Program-made: the position numbers and the translations under genes | Part shown: positions 22,334 to 32,761 of the stretch, piece by piece | Position numbering within the stretch: position 1 is the stretch's first letter | How the letters are laid out: each line of letters opens with the position of its first letter | Assembly: GCA_963720565.1 (NCBI GenBank) | Contig: CAVRFW010000013.1 | Span: 64,001 to 128,000 of the forward strand | DNA length: 64,000 nt | Source: Candidatus Bathyarchaeota archaeon | GTDB taxonomy: Archaea > Thermoproteota > Bathyarchaeia > Bathyarchaeales > Bathycorpusculaceae | Direction: 5' to 3' | Notes under the pieces: model-generated | The model's input: only the letters and a program-made list of their open reading frames with translations | Told to the model about the DNA's origin: nothing | The model's database searches: none

Positions 22334-23065
22334 TTGAAGCTACTCATAAGTCCCGTTAACGAAAGTGAAGCCATGGAAGCAATCGCTGGAAAAGCAGACA
22401 TCATAGACGTTAAAAACCCAAGAGAAGGCGCGTTAGGCGCGAACTACCCTTGGGTAATTTCGAGGATCAGGCAGCTCGCTCCAAAAGACATTGAAGTGAG
22501 CTGCACCATAGGCGAAGCGCCTAGCCTCCCAGCTACCATGTCGCTGGCTGCTTTAGGAGCGGCATCAACGGGTGTGAACTACATCAAAGCCGGTCTTTGG
22601 GGTTTAAAAACAACCAAAGAAGCCGTTAGCCTATTGCAGAATATTTCCAAGGCAGTCAAGGAATCACACCCGACGATCAACGTGGTTGCAACAGGGTACG
22701 CGGACGCCGAAAGAGTAGACACAGTAAACCCTATGTGCATCCCGGAGATAGCCTACAAGGCCAATGCGGACTTTGCCATGCTCGACACTGCAATCAAGGA
22801 CGGGAAAAGCCTCTTCACCTTCCTCGAGAAAGAGCAACTTAAAACTTTCATCTCCAAAGCTCGGGATTTCGGCCTCAAAACAGCATTAGCCGGCTCGCTC
22901 AGCAAAGAGGATTTAGTTACAATCAAAGAGTTAGGGCCGGATGTTGTGGGTTTAAGAGGTGCAGCTTGCGCCAACGGAGATAGGGCAAACGGTCAAATCA
23001 CAAGGGAAAAAGTGCAAGAACTCACTAGCATCCTCAAGCACGCAGCCAAAGAAAGCCCCACTTGA
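22334..23065 (+). CDS. mfnB: (5-formylfuran-3-yl)methyl phosphate synthase
   Basis: LLISP..EA.EA...ADIIDVKNPREGALGAN, MLDTAIKDG, ALAGSL, GLRGAAC. Confidence 0.95.
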   Translation: MKLLISPVNESEAMEAIAGKADIIDVKNPREGALGANYPWVISRIRQLAPKDIEVSCTIGEAPSLPATMSLAALGAASTGVNYIKAGLWGLKTTKEAVSLLQNISKAVKESHPTINVVATGYADAERVDTVNPMCIPEIAYKANADFAMLDTAIKDGKSLFTFLEKEQLKTFISKARDFGLKTALAGSLSKEDLVTIKELGPDVVGLRGAACANGDRANGQITREKVQELTSILKHAAKESPT

Positions 23066-23077
23066 ACTAGGTGAAAT

Positions 23078-24227
23078 ATGCCGTTGCGAACCAAAGGGCT
23101 AACAAAAAAAGCCGTCGTGGTCGAACTGAAGAAAGCCCTAGAGCAAGACTCGAAATACTCTGATGGAAAAATTTTGTGCTCAATGTGCACCCGACCCCAT
23201 CCCATCGCTAAGATTGCTAATCGCCTGTTTTTGGAGTCAAACCTGGGAGACCCCGGATTATTTCTTGGAAGCCTTAGGCTGGAAAGAGAAGCCATTAAGA
23301 AGTTGGCAACTTTTCTGAATGGAGAAGGCAGTGTCGGCTTCCTTGTTTCAGGAGGAACGGAGGCAAATCTGATGGCGCTGCTGGCAGCAAGAAACATGAA
23401 AAACATTGGCAACCCAGAAGTCGTATTGCCCAGAATCAGCGCATTTTTCCTTCACGAAAATCTGTGGTTTGCTTGGATTGAAACCAGTCTATGCGAGTCT
23501 AGACGACTCGTACAGGGTTGACGATGCGTCGGTGGAGAAGTGTTTGACATCCAAAACCGTGGCGATGGTTGGCACGGCTGGGACAGCTGAGCTGGGTGTG
23601 GTTGACCCGATTGCTAAGCTCTCAGAAATCGCGGTTAAAAACGAAATTTACCTTCATGTAGACGCCGCTCTAGGCGGCCTCATAATTCCGTTTCTAGAAC
23701 CCTCAGACCGTAGCAGTTTAGCCTTCGATTTTCGGTTGGAAGGGGTAAAATCAGTTACTGTTGACCCTCATAAGATGGGAATGACGACACTCCCGGCTGG
23801 CGGGATTCTGTTCCGAAACAACAATTACCTAGACTGCATTAAGACAGAGACGCCTTATTTAACAGAAAAACATCAGCACACGATAGTTGGAACAAGAACC
23901 GGAGCAGCCGCAGCAGCAACATGGGCCGTCTTTGAAACCTTAGGCCGCGAAGGATTCCAAAAGATTACTAGACAATGCATAAAGCTGACCCGGCTACTAG
24001 CAACGAAACTTGATGCGTTTGGCTATGGCCTTGTTGTCCAACCGACGTTGAACATAGTTGCTTTCCGCAGTTCAAATTCAAGTTTGCTTCACAAGAAGTT
24101 ATTGCAGCGTGGCTGGTTTGTCTCCTATGTTCCACGTCTAGACTGCGTGAGAATCGTGATAATGCCTCACACCAAGAAGAATCATATCCATGCTTTCCTG
24201 CGGGATCTGCGCAACGTTGATAGGTAA
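23078..24227 (+). CDS. mfnA: Tyrosine (aspartate) decarboxylase, one frameshift near 23430
   Basis: ILCSMCT.PHP, NLGDPGLF, SGGTEAN; SAHFSF, HVDAALGG, TVDPHKMG. Confidence 0.92.
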
Positions 24228-24281
24228 TTAGGAAAAAGCTTTTAGACTCAACCTTTTCTCTTCGACTTTGAGAGAACACCT

Positions 24282-25509
24282 TTGCGGATTCTGGTCTACG
24301 AGTACCTGTCAGGAGGAGGCGCAGCCAAAGAACCGATTCCTCCAGACATGTTAAGCGAAGGCTTCGGAATGCTGAGAACGCTAATCTCAGATTTCAAAGC
24401 AGCAGGAAACAACGTAACAACTTTCCTGGACAAGCGACTTACAGTTTTCAGTCCGCCCTTAAACGCCGACAACGTTATCCCGGCCTCTTCGTGGCAACAA
24501 GCAAAAAACACAATTGAAAATATCTCTGGTGCCTTCGATGCAGCATACATTATTGGACCAGAAACAAACCACATCACTCCAATCCATTGTCGAAACCATT
24601 GAACAAACATCCTTGACCTCGCTAAACTGCCCCGCCAGCGCGATTGAGCAAGCATCAAACAAAATGAACCTCTACAAACGCCTCAAACAAAGAGGAATAA
24701 GCACACCAAAAACGATAATGCTCGACGTTTCAAACAAGAAAGAAGAGAGTTTGCAGCTTACAGAATGCCAACTCGAGTTTCCATTGATGTTTAAACCTCT
24801 GGACGGAGTAAGCTGTAGTGGGTCAAGCATCGTTCATGACAAGACTCAAGTGGCCGCTGCTGTCTCCAAGATACGAAAGGAATCAACAGACAAACATTTT
24901 CTCATTCAAGAGTATTTGAAGGGAACTGCCGCCAGTGTTAGCTTGATTGTTTCAAATCAAGGAGTGCGGCCTATCAGTTTGAACAAGCAAGATTTGACCA
25001 TATCAAAGCCTGGAGGCACCTCTAGTTATGACGGAGGCTTGGTTCCGTTTGATGATCCGCTGAGGCAGGAAGCCTTTGCTGTTGCAGCGAAAGCGGTAGA
25101 ATCCTTCGAAAACCTGAAAGGCTACGTTGGAGTTGATTTAGTCTTAACGGAAAAGGAAGCTGTGGTAATAGAAGTTAATCCTCGCCTAACTACGTCGTAT
25201 GTGGGTTTGAAACAAACTGCAGATTTCAGCGTCGCCCAGGCCATTGCTCACTCTGTTTTGGAAAACCGCCTGCCCGACGATGTTCAACTTCGCGGTTATT
25301 CATGTTTTGGAAAAGTTAAAACACGCAAACCAGCAGCTAGTGTTCTTCAGAAAACCTACAAACTTGAGGATCTCGTGTCTCCTCCTTTTCCCACGAGCAC
25401 CGCCGGCGCATGTGCCCTCCTTCAGCACCATGGATCAACTATTGATGAAAGCGTGGCAGGACTAATTAAAGCGAGGAAGCATCTTCACAGAATATTGAGG
25501 GGAGGCTGA
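24282..25509 (+). CDS. mfnD: ATP-grasp tyramine-glutamate ligase, one frameshift near 24570
   Basis: MRILVYEYLSGGG..EGFGML; KPLDGVSC, SLNKQ, GYVGVD, IEVNPRLTTSYVGL; operon context. Confidence 0.85.
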
Positions 25510-25512
25510 ACA

Positions 25513-26595
25513 CTGGCGAACTATGTCGGCTTAGATATTGGAGGCGCAAATACAAAAGCCGTATTCATAAGCGTAGACCAGGGTCAGTTACGCGGAACTA
25601 AAGTCAAAATTGAATATTTTCCGATATGGAAAGACCCTGAAAAGCTTGTGTCGACGCTTCGTAAACTTCGAGAGTGGCTAGGCAAAGTCGAAATCACCGG
25701 TTTAGGTGTAACCATGACGGCTGAACTCTCTGATGCTTACCAAACAAAACGAGAGGGTGTTAATCACATATTGGCGTGTGTTGCCAAAGTCTTTCCCGAC
25801 ATTCCCGTTGTCGTCTTGAATGTGGACGTGGCTCTGCGGCCTTTGAGTAATGCGCTGTCGGAACCGTTGAAGGTTGCGTCGGCTAACTGGGCAGCAACTG
25901 GCTGGCTAATTTCTCGGCTGGTCAAGGACTGTGTCGTGGTTGATGTTGGAAGCACGAGCACCAGCATAATTCCCGTTGTCGGAGGGCGTGTATCATGCGA
26001 TGGAAAGACGGATTTAGAGAAACTGGCTAATGGAGAACTCGTGTACACGGGCGTCTTGCGTACGAATGTGGCAGCCATGGTCAATGATGTTCCAGTTGGG
26101 GAAACGTGCTCGAGGGTTTCTTCTGAACTGTTCGCTCTGTCCGGTGATGTGCATCTGATTCTGGGAAACATAAAGCCGGAAGAATACACGGTGGAAACTG
26201 CAGACGGTCGGGGAAAAACTCGTTATGAAGCCTTGGCTCGACTTGCCCGAGTTGTGTGCGCTGACACTGACATGCTCAGCGAACAAGAGCTTTTGCCCAT
26301 GGCACAATACATCTACAACAGTCAACTCGAACAAGTAGCCAATGCCTTAAAGCAAGTTCTTGAAAGAACGGAACTGGCTGCAAAAAAGAGAGTCACGGTT
26401 GTTGTTACGGGAATCGGAAAGGAATCTGTCGCTCGAAGAGCAGCAGAGAAATCTGGCTTCCGCGAGATCGTTGACTTGGAAGATCTGATACACAACGTCG
26501 AAGCAGCTAGGGCTTCGCCCGCCTTCGGCGTTGCTCTTTTAGCCGCAGAAAAGTTGGAAGAGAGGACATTTCAATGGACGCCGTTGTCAAAGTAG
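25513..26595 (+). CDS. mfnF: Hydantoinase A-like methanofuran coupling enzyme
   Basis: GLDIGGANTKA (upstream of the listed ORF start; CTG start at 25513), GVTMTAELSDAY, ASANWAATG, DVGSTSTSIIP, ETADGRGK. Confidence 0.9.
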   Translation: MANYVGLDIGGANTKAVFISVDQGQLRGTKVKIEYFPIWKDPEKLVSTLRKLREWLGKVEITGLGVTMTAELSDAYQTKREGVNHILACVAKVFPDIPVVVLNVDVALRPLSNALSEPLKVASANWAATGWLISRLVKDCVVVDVGSTSTSIIPVVGGRVSCDGKTDLEKLANGELVYTGVLRTNVAAMVNDVPVGETCSRVSSELFALSGDVHLILGNIKPEEYTVETADGRGKTRYEALARLARVVCADTDMLSEQELLPMAQYIYNSQLEQVANALKQVLERTELAAKKRVTVVVTGIGKESVARRAAEKSGFREIVDLEDLIHNVEAARASPAFGVALLAAEKLEERTFQWTPLSK

Positions 26596-27386
26596 GCGGT
26601 AGCTTAGCCCAAAACCCTGCAATACTTCGAGGCTTATGCAGCAGACTGAGTGAATACGCTAGGGATTACAAGATAGTCGTTGTGCCCGGAGGAGGAAGGT
26701 TCGCCGATGTTGTACGAGAATTTGACGAGAGCTTTAGCCTGTCTCAAACAACGTCCCACAAGATGGCTATTCTGGGCATGGACCAGTATGCTATAATGCT
26801 AGCAGAAATCACGCCCGGATCGCGTTTGGTTAGCACCGTCAAAGAGATTGGAGAGTTTTCCAAAATTGGGGCTGCACAGATTCTTCTGCCATCCCGCTTG
26901 ATGTTCGAGGAAAATCCTTTGGAAAATTCATGGGACGTTACGTCAGATTCGATCGCGGCCTACGTTGCAAACCGGTTAGGAGCCGCCAAACTCGTCTTAG
27001 TAACTAATGTTGATGGAGTTTTCACGAAGAATCCCCAAGAACATTCGGATGCCAAACTGATTAAAAAGATAACCGCCAAAGAATTGCTTGCGGGAAGCCA
27101 AAGAACAAGCGTCGATAAGTTTCTTCCAAAACTGCTCTTGAAATACCCTTTTCATTGTTACGTGGTCAATGGCAAGCATCCTGAAAGGGTCAGGTCTGTT
27201 TTGGCGGGAAAACTGACGATCTGCACGGAAATACTGCTTCTTCTTCGAAGTAACCTTTCCCTTCCGAAAAAAATATTCCACAGCATATTTCTATCTCACC
27301 ACACATTCAATTTAGTTGTTGAGATGCAAAACCGTGAAGATAATCGAGAAGAACTTGCAGCAGGGCTTTGTGAAGGTGGTTCCTGA
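26574..27386 (+). CDS. mfnE: Amino-acid-kinase-family F1-phosphate kinase; the real 3' end is probably near 27250
   Basis: VVKVGGSL, VPGGGRFAD.VR, SHKMAILGMDQ, SWDVTSDSIAA, NVDGVF; operon context. Confidence 0.85.
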   Translation: MDAVVKVGGSLAQNPAILRGLCSRLSEYARDYKIVVVPGGGRFADVVREFDESFSLSQTTSHKMAILGMDQYAIMLAEITPGSRLVSTVKEIGEFSKIGAAQILLPSRLMFEENPLENSWDVTSDSIAAYVANRLGAAKLVLVTNVDGVFTKNPQEHSDAKLIKKITAKELLAGSQRTSVDKFLPKLLLKYPFHCYVVNGKHPERVRSVLAGKLTICTEILLLLRSNLSLPKKIFHSIFLSHHTFNLVVEMQNREDNREELAAGLCEGGS

Positions 27387-28422
27387 TTCGGCAGATGATC
27401 TCTGGCACCTTTACAACGTCATCTACAAGGATGATGAAGTTTACGCTTTCTCTTCAAGAGCCATCAAGTCTGACGTAGAGTATTCAAGACCTAAGAGCGC
27501 CGAACGAGTTTCTGCGTTTATGGGAGTCACAGTCGAATCGGTTAGCTGGGACAAGTTTCTGGGAAGGCTTCGCGTTCACGGTCTCATCTGTCATGCTCCC
27601 GACATTATTCCAACAGGTGCTCATCACACGCTTAGCATAGCGTTGAATCAGCCCTTGACAATAGTGAAGAAATCATGGGCTAAGCACCTGCTGGACCGGA
27701 TTACGAGAGCCAGCCAAACCGAGAAGACAATGCTGATTCTTGCCATTGACGACGAAAGCTACGCCATAGCCGAAACCAAGCAGTACGGCGTGGAAGTTAA
27801 AGTGGAAGAACGCATGAAATTGCCAGGAAAACTGGAAGCTGAAAAAAGGTCTTTGGCCACGCGGGATTACTTTCGCCGAGTACTTAGCAGCCTAAACCAA
27901 CTCTGGACACCTGCTCACAATCCAATAATGATCGTGGGCGTGGGATTCATAAAAACCGACTTCACAAAGTTTTTGGCTGAAGAAGCACCTGAAGTATCCA
28001 AGTCTGTCGTTGACATAAAAAGCGTCAACAACGGTGGCGTAGCTGGAATTCACGAAGCACTGCGCTCAGGCGTGCTTTTGACGGCCGCCCACAAGCTGCG
28101 CATATTTGACGAAACCGAAATCATGGAGGAAATCTTGAAAAGACTCGGGAAAGGCGAAGGCACTGTGACTTACGGGCTTGGCCAGGTCGAAAGCGCAGTT
28201 AAGCTGGGAGCAGTTGAGAAAATTGTGTTAGCCGACACACTTTTGCGGGATGCAACTGAAGAGCAGCGGTTACATCTTGAAGAGACTATGCGCGAAGTAG
28301 AATATCGAAGAGGAAGCGTCACGGTCGTCAGCACAGAACACGAGGCAGGCTCCAAACTCCTCGCGCTGGGAGGAATTGCAGCACTCCTCAGATTTCCGAT
28401 TTTCATCAACAGCTCAAAATAG
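27334..28422 (+). CDS. pelA: mRNA surveillance protein pelota (Dom34)
   Basis: VVPDSADDLWHLYNVI, RLRVHG, GAHHTL, STEHEAG..LLALGGIAALLRF. Confidence 0.95.
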   Translation: MKIIEKNLQQGFVKVVPDSADDLWHLYNVIYKDDEVYAFSSRAIKSDVEYSRPKSAERVSAFMGVTVESVSWDKFLGRLRVHGLICHAPDIIPTGAHHTLSIALNQPLTIVKKSWAKHLLDRITRASQTEKTMLILAIDDESYAIAETKQYGVEVKVEERMKLPGKLEAEKRSLATRDYFRRVLSSLNQLWTPAHNPIMIVGVGFIKTDFTKFLAEEAPEVSKSVVDIKSVNNGGVAGIHEALRSGVLLTAAHKLRIFDETEIMEEILKRLGKGEGTVTYGLGQVESAVKLGAVEKIVLADTLLRDATEEQRLHLEETMREVEYRRGSVTVVSTEHEAGSKLLALGGIAALLRFPIFINSSK

Positions 28423-28533
28423 GGTAATTCGAGTTTCGATAGGAGTGCAGTTTCCTGCCCGAAGAGCACATTGCAGTTTGCTAGATTCCTTGTTTTCTAT
28501 CTTCTAGAAGTGCAAGATTCAACCTGTGTTTCC

Positions 28534-28575
28534 TTTATAAATAGATGATGTTATATACTCGTGCTCTTTTAAATA
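28534..28575 (+). promoter_or_regulatory. TATA-like boxes upstream of tbp
   Basis: TTTATAAA 28534-41, TTATATAC 28551-58, TTTAAATA 28568-75. Confidence 0.45.
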
Positions 28576-28594
28576 GACAAGAAACGTGAGTCGA

Positions 28595-29158
28595 ATGAGC
28601 AAACGAAAGCCAATAATTCACATTCAAAACATTGTAGCTTCAGTTTCCTTGAATCAAAAGATTGATTTACAGAAGATCGTTGAAAAGTTTCCGCAAACCG
28701 AATACAATCCCAGCGTGTTTCCAGGCTTGGTCTTTCGCTTGAAAAAGCCCAAGACTGCCACTTTGATTTTCGGAACAGGCAAGATGGTTTGTACAGGTGC
28801 AAAGTCGGAGAAAGAATCGCGGAGCGCGGTGGAAAAAGTTGTGAAGGAACTCAGAAGCGAGGGGATTCAGATAACAGAAAAGCCTGTTGTGATGATTCAG
28901 AACATTGTTGCTTCTGCGGAGTTGGGCGGAGAAATAGACTTGGAAAGCCTCGTTTACAAGCTTAGTAGGGTCATGTACGAGCCAGAACAGTTCCCAGGCG
29001 CTGTCTTCAGAATGGACGAGCCAAAGGTCGTGTTCCTCATCTTCTCAGCCGGAAAGCTTGTCTGCGTTGGCGCCAAGAAAGAAGAGCAAGTCTACGAAGC
29101 TGTTGACAAAATACAAAAACTGCTCGAAGAGAAAGAACTAATCTTCTATCCCGCATAA
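28595..29158 (+). CDS. tbp: TATA-box binding protein
   Basis: Two repeats: IQNIVAS...YNPSVFPGLVFR..LIFGTGKMVCTGAK and YEPEQFPGAVFR..LIFSAGKLVCVGAK. Confidence 0.98.
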   Translation: MSKRKPIIHIQNIVASVSLNQKIDLQKIVEKFPQTEYNPSVFPGLVFRLKKPKTATLIFGTGKMVCTGAKSEKESRSAVEKVVKELRSEGIQITEKPVVMIQNIVASAELGGEIDLESLVYKLSRVMYEPEQFPGAVFRMDEPKVVFLIFSAGKLVCVGAKKEEQVYEAVDKIQKLLEEKELIFYPA

Positions 29159-29875
29159 GCCATCTTTTTCATTTTTCTACGCAACGCCGGATTCTCATCA
29201 GACAATTTCTTAAGCGCCATCTCAAAAGTTTCTTCGCTGCTTACTTCTTTTTTGATGAACACGCCTGTTCTGCCAACATTGTCTCGCTTCGTAAGAGCCC
29301 GAACGCGGTCTCGAACCGTCTCTGTTGATATTCCCAGAATTCTCGCGGTCTGCTCTTCACAGCCCATGATGCTGCTTTCAACATGTCCCCTCTCTGTTGG
29401 TTCAATCAGCATCAAACGCTTGTTGACTCCTGCCACACGCTTGTCTGCCTCTAGTTGGCTTAGGGTTGCTTCGCCTCCGAACTTGTAGAATTCGGTTTCT
29501 ACCTTGCGCATGCGGGTCAGAGAAATAGAAACGCTGGTTTTGGGGTCTATTTCGATGTAAGCTTTCACCGCATAAGTTGGGGTCGCCTGAACCAGCAAGC
29601 GATTATTAACAGTAATTTGGGCTTTTTCCAGCGCTGTTTCTACGAGGAACGATGATGCCTGTTCGCGTCAAGTGAATATCCACGTCGCTGTTCTTGGTTA
29701 CGTCTCCGCGGGCAAGGCTCCCATGAACAAGCGTTCGCAGGCAACTGCTTTCCAGTGCCTTCATTATGTGTTTGGCTTTTTCCCGATGTTCTCGAAGGAG
29801 AGCCCAACGGGCATCGCTGTAGACTATTTCTCTGAAGTCTGCACGTCTCACTGGTTTAGCCGCCATCAACATCAA
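29146..29875 (-). CDS. Archaeal minimal nucleotidyltransferase (COG2413-like), one frameshift near 29660
   Basis: VHGSLARGDVTKNSDVDI; QATP..AVKAYI, EFYKFGG, RVAGVNKRL, RD.VGRTGVF. Confidence 0.8.
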
Positions 29876-30030
29876 TCCATCATAAGTTGTTAATGTTCAA
29901 TGCTTATTTAGTTAACACTACCCGAGAGAATCCACTGTTATGGTCCAAGTTCGCACTTTTTCTCCATTTGAGTTTGATTGCATAGCAATTCATATGGGAG
30001 GAAGTTTTATTCTGAAGTGGTAGCTGAAAA

Positions 30031-31122
30031 ATGAATAAGACCAAGTTAGTCGCAGTAGTAGCCGTTGTTGTATGTATCAGTTTGGCTGCGAGCCTCGTCT
30101 ATGCAAACAATCAGTACACTTTAGTGCTTGAGGGAAAAGACAGGGACATAGATGACCTGCACAAACTCGAAGCTGTCTTGATAGCGGAAAGGGATGAAGC
30201 GAGGAAACAGCGTGATGAGCTTTCATTCGATGTTCAGCGTTACATGAACTTGACTCAGGAATTGCAGGGAATAATTGACGAGCTGAACAAGACAAATGCG
30301 GACCTGAGAGACATCTTAGTCGGGGGCGATAGTGACCTCGAAACCATTATCTTTCACGTTTGCGAGAAAGGCGAAACCAGCGATTTTGGTCGCCTTCCAA
30401 ACGCAACCTACGTCCTCAATCAAATCAAGAACCTCACTGATTCATATGAGGTTCTGTTCCTTCCCGAATATGTGGGCAATCTTAACTGGACCGAAACTTA
30501 CGCTTGGCTCTTAGAGAACTTTGGCAACGAAGAAATTGTGTTGTCCACGTTTGAAGGTGGAGAAGATGAGATTCCAAACGTGATGCTTGAAATCACCCAG
30601 CTTAGCCAAGCAGTCCAAACACTCAACGTTAAGATGCTTAGGATTGCTGAAATCCAGAGTTTTTACATGAACATTAGTCAACCTTTGCCTTTAGAATGGA
30701 TTAGAGAAGTTCTGTATTTCGCCAGAGCAAACAATCTTAGAGTTGTCTGGAGCGAATGGAAACTTGGCGACGACGTTTACCCAAACATCACCAGAGCCAT
30801 CGAAGGCTTTGAGGATATTGTGACTTTCACATTCCAGACAAATGATGAATACCATGAACCTTTCGAGGGATACTTGGACGCGAGCAACACGTTTGTACAC
30901 TGGGGTGCCTCGGTGCAACCTTGGTACTATGTTGACCATGACCTTGGAGACTTGATGGATATGCCGCCTATGTTGATGGTTGAGCATTTGGTTCAGGCTC
31001 TTAACAGGGGCGCGGAGATTGTCCAGTTTGAGCCGTACTGGTACTTCTTTGACAATTACGGGGAACCCTATGAAGCTTTTAACTTGCTAAAAGAAGTTTT
31101 TAGCAACCACCGCTATTACTAA
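30031..31122 (+). CDS. Membrane-anchored hypothetical protein with coiled coil and acidic globular domain
   Basis: N-terminal TM, heptad segment, domain ending IVQFEPYWYFF. Confidence 0.7.
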   Translation: MNKTKLVAVVAVVVCISLAASLVYANNQYTLVLEGKDRDIDDLHKLEAVLIAERDEARKQRDELSFDVQRYMNLTQELQGIIDELNKTNADLRDILVGGDSDLETIIFHVCEKGETSDFGRLPNATYVLNQIKNLTDSYEVLFLPEYVGNLNWTETYAWLLENFGNEEIVLSTFEGGEDEIPNVMLEITQLSQAVQTLNVKMLRIAEIQSFYMNISQPLPLEWIREVLYFARANNLRVVWSEWKLGDDVYPNITRAIEGFEDIVTFTFQTNDEYHEPFEGYLDASNTFVHWGASVQPWYYVDHDLGDLMDMPPMLMVEHLVQALNRGAEIVQFEPYWYFFDNYGEPYEAFNLLKEVFSNHRYY

Positions 31123-31154
31123 CTGAGCGTGCTCACAAGACGGTAGCGCCAAAA

Positions 31155-32108
31155 GTGATTAAATTGAAGACTGACGCTGATTCCTGCAGGGCTTGCAAAC
31201 GAAGAGCAGCATTCTTTTTTAGGCCATACTCTGGAGAAAAGCTCTGTAAGAAATGTTTTGCCGAGTCAATCGAAGCGAAGGTCAGAGCAACAATCGCCAA
31301 ACATCACATGTTCAACTACAGCGACAAGATAGCCGTGGCCGTCTCCGGGGGTAAGGACAGCCTAAGCCTCCTGCACATTCTAGCGAAGATGGAGCGGCGT
31401 CATCCCAAGTCTTCTCTTGTGGCTATCACAGTGGATGAGGGAATAAGCGGCTACAGAGATGAAGCCCTAAAGCTCACAGTGGAAAGCTGTGAGAAGCTGG
31501 GGATAGCGCAGCACACTGTCTCTTTCAAGGAAATCTACGGTTTAACACTGGACGAGGTAGTGGCTCGATCGAGAAAGAAGAGCGATCACGAGTTAACTTC
31601 CTGCTCGTATTGCGGAGTTCTGCGGAGAAGAGCCCTCAACGTGGCAGCCCGTGAGGTTGGAGCAGACAAGATTGCTACAGCGCACACTCTGGATGATGAG
31701 GTCCAGACTGTTCTCATGAACATTTTCCGAGGCGACATCTCGCGTTTGGTGAAGGAAAAACCGGTGACGGATAATGTTCATCAGCGTTTAGTGCAGAAAG
31801 TTAAGCCGTTCTGCGAAATTCCAGAGAAAGAAAGTGCCTTGTACGCATACATCAAGAAAATCAGGTTCCAGGATACGCCGTGCCCTTACGCTTCTGAAGC
31901 GTTGAGGAACGATATCCGCTTCGTGCTTAATCATATGGAAGCGAAGCACGCGGGAACAAAATTCACGGTTTCAAAGGCTATGGAACGCATGCGCCCCGTC
32001 TTAGATGAATTAGGAAAGAAAGAGGGTTTTCGCGAATGCGCTGAATGCGGCGAGCCCGCCTCAGCACAACTATGCAAAGTATGTGAAATGTTAAAGAACT
32101 TGAGCTAG
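31155..32108 (+). CDS. tRNA 2-thiolation protein, TtuA/Ncs6 (TIGR00269) family
   Basis: PP-loop SGGKDS, CSYCGVLRRR, TAHTLDDE, CPY, terminal Zn fingers. Confidence 0.92.
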   Translation: MIKLKTDADSCRACKRRAAFFFRPYSGEKLCKKCFAESIEAKVRATIAKHHMFNYSDKIAVAVSGGKDSLSLLHILAKMERRHPKSSLVAITVDEGISGYRDEALKLTVESCEKLGIAQHTVSFKEIYGLTLDEVVARSRKKSDHELTSCSYCGVLRRRALNVAAREVGADKIATAHTLDDEVQTVLMNIFRGDISRLVKEKPVTDNVHQRLVQKVKPFCEIPEKESALYAYIKKIRFQDTPCPYASEALRNDIRFVLNHMEAKHAGTKFTVSKAMERMRPVLDELGKKEGFRECAECGEPASAQLCKVCEMLKNLS

Positions 32109-32323
32109 CAGGTTGATAGGCTATCGCGCCTGAATTTCTTCTGTTCTTTTAGTTCACGCAAGACTTTTGAAGCCGTGAAAGCATCCTCTGCAGCTGCCAA
32201 CACGAGCGCTCTTCTTGCTTCGACGCGAGTACCGCAGTAAGGGCAGGCTCGAGATTTCTGAGTGTCAGCAATTAGCATCAAGTTCCCGCATTTGGAGCAT
32301 TCTATTATTTTTGTTGGTGCCAT
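32105..32323 (-). CDS. DUF1922-like zinc-ribbon protein
   Basis: IIECSKCG...QKSRACPYCG. Confidence 0.7.
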   Translation of the reverse strand: MAPTKIIECSKCGNLMLIADTQKSRACPYCGTRVEARRALVLAAAEDAFTASKVLRELKEQKKFRRDSLSTC

Positions 32324-32395
32324 TTCATCCTGCCTTTCCGAAAGACTTTTCCACATACACTTAGATAACACTTGGGGAGGGAAAGGTGAGGTGCA

Positions 32396-32755
32396 ATGAC
32401 GGGAGAGGGCGATAGAGAATCGCCGAGCTTGATGGATTTGGCTGCCAGGTACTTCAAAAAGGAAGGTTACAAAATTAACCAAGAGAACACAGTCCTTGAA
32501 GGATACAGCGGCATATCAAGAACGTTCAATCTAATAGTCCAAAAAGGCCGGGTTGAGCAGGGTGTTTGGATACGTGATTGGAACAGGACAATAGGTGTCA
32601 ACATAATCATAGGATTAGACACTTCTTCAGACGATGTGGGCTTGTCGAGTCCGATTATGATAGGTGAAAAATTCAGCGACCACGCCAAATCCTACGCTAA
32701 CAGGCGAAAAGTAATGCTCTTGACAAGACACAAAATTGCACAGAGCCTCAGGTAA
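32396..32755 (+). CDS. Restriction-endonuclease-fold (Mrr-like) small protein, probably catalytically degenerate
   Basis: YFKKEGYKI..LEGYSGISRTFNLIV, FSDHAKSYA; the PD-(D/E)xK positions read N and RD. Confidence 0.6.
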   Translation: MTGEGDRESPSLMDLAARYFKKEGYKINQENTVLEGYSGISRTFNLIVQKGRVEQGVWIRDWNRTIGVNIIIGLDTSSDDVGLSSPIMIGEKFSDHAKSYANRRKVMLLTRHKIAQSLR

Positions 32756-32761
32756 ACCCCG

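Noticed and set aside
27240..27386. Long mfnE C-terminal extension overlapping pelota
   Set aside because: Kinase homology ends near CTEI. A stop exists in a neighbouring frame at about 27251, so the extension is probably an indel artefact.
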